The translations under genes were made by a program, and so were the position numbers. 64,000 nt of DNA from Methanocella sp. GTDB lineage: Archaea; Thermoproteota; Bathyarchaeia; Bathyarchaeales; Bathycorpusculaceae. The notes under the pieces are model-generated. The model ran no database searches and had not been told where the DNA came from. It was given only the letters and a program-made list of their open reading frames with translations. Below are positions 58,356 through 64,000 of the stretch, piece after piece. The DNA is taken from NCBI GenBank assembly GCA_050261115.1, contig JBLNCY010000006.1:54599-118598 (forward strand). The letters are read 5' to 3'. The stretch's first letter is position 1; each line of letters starts with the position of its first letter.

Positions 58356-59285
58356 ATGGCGGCAACAGGCTTCGACTTAGCAGTGGTAGGGCACTTCTCA
58401 ATCGACACCATCGTGTTGCCAACCCGCAAATCACCCTTTCGCGTCCTTGGAGGCGCAGTAACCTATACCGCGTTTGCCGCAAAAAACCTCGACACATGCG
58501 CAAGTGTGGTTTCCCGAGTCGGCACAGACTTCCCGCAAGCATATCTATGGTGGCTAGAGCAAGAAGGCATCGACATCTCAAGCGTAAACAGATACCCCGA
58601 TGAAGCAACAACAAGCTTTGAACTCACCTACCGACCCGCCTTTGAGGACCGAACCCTTAAGCTCAAAAGCAGAGGTTCACCCCTCAAACCAGACGATATT
58701 CCCGGCGGATTCCACGCCAAAGCCATCCATCTGGGCCCCGTAGCAAACGAGATCCCCTATGAAGTGGCTGAATTACTCAAAAAATGCTGCGACACCCTCT
58801 CCCTTGACCCCCAAGGATTAACCCGCAGCTTCGATGCACAAGGCAACGTCTACGAAAACGCTACAGAAGTAGACAATGATATTTTTAGCCTAATTAACAT
58901 ATACAAATCCTCACATCATGAACTCTTTGCCTTAACTGGCGAAACCGAACTCAAACATGCCATACGAGCAATCCATGACGTAGGCGTCGAAACCGTCATC
59001 GTAACCATGGGCCAAAAAGGCTCAGTGCTCTCAGTGGAGGGCGCCCAATACAACGTAGGCGCTTGTCCTTCCAGTGTGCTAGTAGACCCCACTGGTGCAG
59101 GCGACGTCTTCATCGGTGGGTTCTTAGCCGAGTACCTCCGAGGCAAAGAATCCGTCTGGTGCGCTGCGGTAGGCTCCGCCGCAGCATCCATGGCAGTGGA
59201 ATCCATTGGCCCAACCTATTTTGGCAAAAAAGAAGACATTTATCAAAGAGCCCGCGTTCTGTATGAAAAAGAACTTAAGCAATAG
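58356..59285 (+). CDS. PfkB family carbohydrate/nucleoside kinase
   Basis: LGGAVTY, VG.DF, LDPQG, DPTGAGDVF. Confidence 0.92.
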   Translation: MAATGFDLAVVGHFSIDTIVLPTRKSPFRVLGGAVTYTAFAAKNLDTCASVVSRVGTDFPQAYLWWLEQEGIDISSVNRYPDEATTSFELTYRPAFEDRTLKLKSRGSPLKPDDIPGGFHAKAIHLGPVANEIPYEVAELLKKCCDTLSLDPQGLTRSFDAQGNVYENATEVDNDIFSLINIYKSSHHELFALTGETELKHAIRAIHDVGVETVIVTMGQKGSVLSVEGAQYNVGACPSSVLVDPTGAGDVFIGGFLAEYLRGKESVWCAAVGSAAASMAVESIGPTYFGKKEDIYQRARVLYEKELKQ

Positions 59286-59326
59286 ATAATAAACGGTAAT
59301 GAAACAGTAACGTGAGCGTGACTTAT

Positions 59327-59533
59327 TTGGGTCGTATCGACAAAGGCGAAAACTGCAGCGTATCTGGCTGCAAAAACGAAGCAGCCCGGTCAATAGCAGC
59401 GGATAAATGCAGAACTGCAGGATTAAACGTCAGCACAAGTGAGAAACGTGCATACATCTGCAAAGAGCACTACAAGGAATTCAAGAAAAAAACCAAAAAG
59501 GACAAGACCCTAGACAAATGGCGCTATGGATAG
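59327..59533 (+). CDS. Small zinc-binding hypothetical protein
   Basis: CSVSGC...YICKEHY, Lys-rich; cotranscribed with thrS; TTG start inferred. Confidence 0.75.
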   Translation: MGRIDKGENCSVSGCKNEAARSIAADKCRTAGLNVSTSEKRAYICKEHYKEFKKKTKKDKTLDKWRYG

Positions 59534-59545
59534 AGGCAATGGTCT

Positions 59546-61447
59546 ATGCGTATTTTACAGTTACATTCTAACTTTATAGTTTTCAAACCAGTCGAGAAAG
59601 AAATCAACATAGCAGAAGAGGCATCAAAAGACGAAACCCGCATAGAAGAAGTCGTCGTCTTATTCACAGCCATCGAAGAAGGCGACAACACCGCTATGGC
59701 ACAAAAAGCCATCGACGACGTTCGCGCTTTTTTGGGTAAACTAAAGGTAAACCGCATCCTAATTTACCCATTCGCACACCTAAGCAGCAACCTATCCCAG
59801 CCATCCCAGGCACTTGCAATAATCAAAGACATGGAAGCCTACGCCAAAACCAAAAACATAGAAACCTACCGCGCACCGTTTGGGTGGAATAAGCAATTCA
59901 CCATATCCATCAAAGGCCACCCCCTAGCAGAGCAAGCCAGAAGCTACACCCCCCAAACCACCTCCCCAGCACCAACAGGCGCCCCATGCGAAACAAAGAC
60001 CGAAGAAGAGCCCGTTTCCGCTGCGCTTAAAGCTGAAGACACGCTGAAATCCTACTGGCACATTCTACAGACCGACGGCTCTTTGGTGCCTATTGAAGAA
60101 TACAAGTTTAAGGGCAAATCAAACCTCCAGAAATTCAGCCAATATGAAATCAAAAAGACCCGCGCAGTCACACAAATGCCACCCCACGTGCCCTTGATGA
60201 AGCGATTAGAAATCGCTGATTACGAACCCGGCAGCGATCCAGGCAACATCCGCTGGTACCCCAAAGGCCGTATGATAAAGTCCCTGCTTGAAACATACGT
60301 GTCCCAACGTGTGGCACAGTATGGCGGTATGGAAGTAGAGACCCCCATCATGTACGACTTCCATCACCCAAGCCTATCAAGCTACCTTAACCGGTTCCCC
60401 GCACGCCAATACGTGCTAAAGTCTGAAGATAAAGAACTCTTTCTACGATTCGCCGCATGCTTTGGCCAATTCCTAATGGCGCATGACGTGCAGTTTAGCT
60501 ATAAGCAGATGCCAGTCAAACTCTATGAACTCACCCGCTACAGTTTCCGGCGTGAGAAAAGCGGTGAAGTCGTCGGCCTAAAACGGCTAAGAGCATTTAC
60601 GATGCCTGACTGCCACGCGTTCTGCATCGATCTTGACCAGGCCAAAAAAGAGTTCCTGATCCGCTTTGATCTATGCATAAGCGTCCTCCAAGACATCGGG
60701 TTAGACAAAGATGACTACGAAATCGCCATGCGCTTCACCAAAGACTTCTACGCCGAAAACAAGGACTTCATCACAAGTCTGGTGGCGAAATTCGGCAAAC
60801 CCATCCTAGCTGAAGTATGGAACGAACGATTCTTCTACTTCGCCCTGAAATGGGACCTTAACTTCATTGACAACCAGGATAAAGCTGCGGCGCTTAGCAC
60901 CGACCAAATCGATGTCGAAAACGCCAAACGCTACGGCATAACCTACGTGGACGAGAAAGGCGAAAAACAGCACCCGCTTATCTTGCACTGCAGCCCAAGC
61001 GGTGCACTTGAACGCGACATCTATGCATTACTCGAAAAAGCTTACCGCGACCAAATGACCGGTAAAGCCCCCATGCTGCCACTATGGCTATCACCAACAC
61101 AGGTACGCTTAATTCCAATTTCCGACAAGTTCCTTGACAAAGTCGAAGCCTTAGCCGAGCAAATTGCAAGCCGCAACATCCGAGTAGACATCGACGATTC
61201 CTCTTCGACGTTGCAGAAAAAGATTCGTGAAGCTGAACAGGAATGGGTCCCCTACGTTGTCGTGGTAGGCGAAAAAGAGATCGAGTCAGGCACGCTCTCG
61301 GTGCGTGATCGCCAGCAAAAGGGTAAACAGGAAGCCCTCACCGCTGAGCAACTCATCGCCAAAGTCTTAGAAAAGACCGCGGGTAAACCCTTCAAGCCCT
61401 TACCACTGCCGATGTATATTTCTAAGCGGCCCCAGTTCCACGGCTAA
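59546..61447 (+). CDS. thrS: Threonyl-tRNA synthetase (archaeal type)
   Basis: YPFAHLS and APFGW.K editing domain, LRFAACFGQF, LRAFTMPDCH, ILHCSPSG. Confidence 0.97.
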   Translation: MRILQLHSNFIVFKPVEKEINIAEEASKDETRIEEVVVLFTAIEEGDNTAMAQKAIDDVRAFLGKLKVNRILIYPFAHLSSNLSQPSQALAIIKDMEAYAKTKNIETYRAPFGWNKQFTISIKGHPLAEQARSYTPQTTSPAPTGAPCETKTEEEPVSAALKAEDTLKSYWHILQTDGSLVPIEEYKFKGKSNLQKFSQYEIKKTRAVTQMPPHVPLMKRLEIADYEPGSDPGNIRWYPKGRMIKSLLETYVSQRVAQYGGMEVETPIMYDFHHPSLSSYLNRFPARQYVLKSEDKELFLRFAACFGQFLMAHDVQFSYKQMPVKLYELTRYSFRREKSGEVVGLKRLRAFTMPDCHAFCIDLDQAKKEFLIRFDLCISVLQDIGLDKDDYEIAMRFTKDFYAENKDFITSLVAKFGKPILAEVWNERFFYFALKWDLNFIDNQDKAAALSTDQIDVENAKRYGITYVDEKGEKQHPLILHCSPSGALERDIYALLEKAYRDQMTGKAPMLPLWLSPTQVRLIPISDKFLDKVEALAEQIASRNIRVDIDDSSSTLQKKIREAEQEWVPYVVVVGEKEIESGTLSVRDRQQKGKQEALTAEQLIAKVLEKTAGKPFKPLPLPMYISKRPQFHG

Positions 61448-61649
61448 GCGCCCCTCTATAGGGGTTTTAGCCGAACCCCTTCTTTATTTTACAAAAACAA
61501 GTTCGCCTTTAGGCTGTTTTCTTGTGGTTTGGTTGTTTGAATGGTTTTGAATTAATAAATTCTGTGCATAGGAATCATATGTATCACAGGGGCAAGCTAT
61601 ATCAATCAACTAGACAATATGAAAAAGCATTCCAAGAGGCAATCAACAA

Positions 61650-62534
61650 ATGACCAATGAATTGCAAATCTACATAGATGGAGCCTACTATCCAAAGTCG
61701 CAGGCAAAAATCTCTGTCTATGACCACGGCTTCCTCTACGGTGACGGCGTGTTTGAGGGAATCCGTGCCTACAACGGCGTCATATTCAAGCTCAAAGAGC
61801 ACATTGACCGCCTATACCGTGGAGCACACGCCATAATGCTAAACATCCCCCTAACTAAGGAGGAAATGATACAGGCAGTAGTAGAAACCGTCCGCAAAAA
61901 CAACATGAAGGACAGCTACATCCGCCTGGTCGTTTCCAGAGGCGTCGGCGATTTGGGTCTTGATCCCCGTAAGTGCCCCAAAGCAACCGTCATAATCATA
62001 GCTGACACAATTAACATTAAAGCAGGCAACGCGTCTGAAACCGGCGTCACCGCACTGATTACTTGGGTTAGAAGAAACCCCGTAGATGCCACTACAAGCG
62101 AAGTTAAATCGCTTAATTACCTCAATAGTGTCCTTGGCAAACTTGAGGCTAACGCGGCAGGCGCTGACGAAGCCATCTGCCTTGAGCAAAACGGCTACAT
62201 AGCAGAAGGCGTCGGCGAAAATGTGTTCATTGTTAAAAACGGTGAAATCCTTACCCCGCCCACCAGCACCGGCGCACTCGAAGGCATAACTTCAGCTGCC
62301 GTAATAGGACTCTGTGAGAAATTAGGCATCAAAGTCACCGTCACAAACCTAACACCCTACATGCTATTCACTGCTGACGAAGCATTCTTTACTGGCACCG
62401 CCATGGAAGTTGTTCCCATCCGAGAAGTTAACAAGCGCGTTATCGGGTCGGGTAAACCGGGTCCAGTTACTAAGGCGTTGATGGCTGAGTACAAGACGCT
62501 AGTTGCGGATCCAGCTAACGGCGTCCCAATCTAA
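61650..62534 (+). CDS. ilvE: Branched-chain amino acid aminotransferase
   Basis: DHGFLYGDGVFEGIRAY, KSLNY, EG.GEN.F, LEGIT, TGTAMEV. Confidence 0.95.
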   Translation: MTNELQIYIDGAYYPKSQAKISVYDHGFLYGDGVFEGIRAYNGVIFKLKEHIDRLYRGAHAIMLNIPLTKEEMIQAVVETVRKNNMKDSYIRLVVSRGVGDLGLDPRKCPKATVIIIADTINIKAGNASETGVTALITWVRRNPVDATTSEVKSLNYLNSVLGKLEANAAGADEAICLEQNGYIAEGVGENVFIVKNGEILTPPTSTGALEGITSAAVIGLCEKLGIKVTVTNLTPYMLFTADEAFFTGTAMEVVPIREVNKRVIGSGKPGPVTKALMAEYKTLVADPANGVPI

Positions 62535-62632
62535 CCCCTTTCACTTTTTTATTAAGACAGTCCTCCGTTTTCAATTCTACAACATGCCCATTTGTAGTTG
62601 GGTATGTAGAGGGCTCTAAAACTATACGGGCT

Positions 62633-62680
62633 GGCGTCTACTGCTTTGCCCACCTACCCCCTCCCTTATATATAGAATCA
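62633..62680 (+). repeat. Dispersed intergenic repeat, copy 4
   Basis: ggcgtctactgctttgcccacctaccccctcccttatatatagaatca. Confidence 0.8.
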
Positions 62681-62976
62681 ACACAGGTTCAACTTTGGCT
62701 TGAAATGCACACTTGCTGCATTAACAACCTGTTGGGGGTTGGTTTGCTGGGGTTCTGGGAGGTATTAAGGAGAAAGGACACACACTCGATATGCTCTGTT
62801 AACTTGGCCAGAACCTTTTCAGCTACCCTTGCGAAACAAGTTTCTCAATGCGTTCAATCTGTGGACAGTGCTTATATATCATGTAGCAACGCAGTGTTGA
62901 GACAACCAGGACGTCGAAAGCTAAAGAACCAACTCACGGTAAAGAAGGTTTAATAGATTATTGCCTCAGAAAAGTT

Positions 62977-63038
62977 GGCTATGGCATTAGTCCTAGCAGG
63001 CGCCAAAACCGCAACCAACCGATGCTGATAATGCCTAC
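62977..63038 (+). ncRNA. Fluoride (crcB) riboswitch
   Basis: GGCTATGGCATTAGTC...AACCGC...GCTGATAATGCCTAC; P1 GGCTA/TAGTC and pseudoknot GGCATT/AATGCC; directly upstream of fluC. Confidence 0.85.
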
Positions 63039-63057
63039 CCTAGCTGGAAGATAGCGT

Positions 63058-63344
63058 ATGAAGTGGATAGAATTAAGGTCTTGGGCAGTTTCCTTTTAGG
63101 CGTATTCTCTGTGTTGTCGGTTGCTTTCCACTTGGATGGGCAATACTCTGTCTTTGTAGCTGTGGGGTTTTGTGGTTCTTTCACTACTATGTCTTCGTTT
63201 GCGCTTGAGACTACCAACCTTCTGGAGAATAACCGTTTGGCCTTACTGGCTCTTAATATATTAGCAAACGTCGGGCTATCACTTGGTGCGGTTATAGGCG
63301 GGAGAGTATTAGGCAACTTGGCTATGGAGCGGTTTATGCGTTGA
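63058..63344 (+). pseudogene. crcB: Fluoride channel FluC/CrcB with internal deletion/frameshift
   Basis: C-terminal GFCGSFTTMSSFALET intact; ATG at 63058 gives MKWIEL in another frame; TM1 GA.LR motif missing. Confidence 0.7.
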
Positions 63345-63714
63345 AGCAAAAAATATGGGTGGCTATTATCCGCAAAAAGAATGGGCATGGCAGTATACCG
63401 CTTAAACCGTTAGTCGTTAGTTTGGGATTCCTCAAGAAGACAGCGTTGTGGTGCAAGAAAATTTATGTAATTTAACGGTAACCATGATGCTGTTTGTTGC
63501 GCCTACGCTGTGTTGATGCGTGTGTTTCGGTGGCTTTTGGTGTCCTATAGATCAAAAAAAGCCGTGTAGGGATGGTCAAGTCAGCCTGCGCCACCCCGTT
63601 TCGGCTAAATATTTATTAACCGAGAAAGCGCATTACTTGCTTCAAGGTGAGCAGTATTTCTTGCAAAAGTACGCTTACCTTTCAAAAAACAGATTATTGG
63701 AGAAGAAAAGAAAA

Positions 63715-64000
63715 ATGAAAACCATAAATAAATTTGCAATCGCGCTCTTAGCCGTCTTTTTGGTCTCAGTAGTCGCTTCCGTTCCAATGTCTTACGCAGA
63801 TGAACCAGCACGAATGAAGACTTATGCTATCTCTGACGCAATTCCAAATGTTGTCGGTGTCGGCGATTCGGTGCTCCTTAAATGCGGTATCACCGAAGCT
63901 TTAGCATCAGCAGACTATGGATGGTCTGGCCTCAAAATCAAGGTGGTAGCACCTGACGGAAAAACCACCGAGCTAGGCCCATTAAAGACAGACTCAACAG
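63715..64000 (+). CDS. PQQ-type surface protein paralog, 5' part (runs off window)
   Basis: MKTINKFAIALLAVFLVSVVASVPMSYA signal, then TYA....PNVVGVG...PDG.T similar to the N-terminus of 52025. Confidence 0.8.
   Translation, partial: MKTINKFAIALLAVFLVSVVASVPMSYADEPARMKTYAISDAIPNVVGVGDSVLLKCGITEALASADYGWSGLKIKVVAPDGKTTELGPLKTDST

Noticed and set aside
63560-63607. GC-rich hairpin resembling a tRNA fragment
   Set aside because: Too short for a cloverleaf and lacks a T-loop context; function unsupported.

Overview
Core chromosome segment of an archaeon, most likely Bathyarchaeia. This is inferred from PolD DP1/DP2, Elf1, S25e, a tandem Lrp/AsnC regulator and PQQ beta-propeller surface proteins. 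The window holds the probable replication origin (cdc6 plus four ORB-like boxes and an AT-rich tract) and much of the replisome (PolD, PriS/PriL, PCNA, GINS15/23, MCM). It also holds lipid genes (GGGPS, tetraether synthase), translation genes and small accessory or decaying loci (VapC, fluC behind a fluoride riboswitch). The most striking unexplained feature lies directly beside the origin. Three uncharacterised HTH-protein genes, one encoding a membrane anchor, long coiled coil and winged helix, are embedded in two distinct arrays of short, partly helically phased motifs (GTGAA and GTGAY). This is a candidate origin-tethering or chromosome-segregation system with no ParA gene in the locus. 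A second unexplained feature is a ~50-bp dispersed intergenic repeat (four full copies and one truncated copy). All calls come from reading the sequence by eye; no searches were run.
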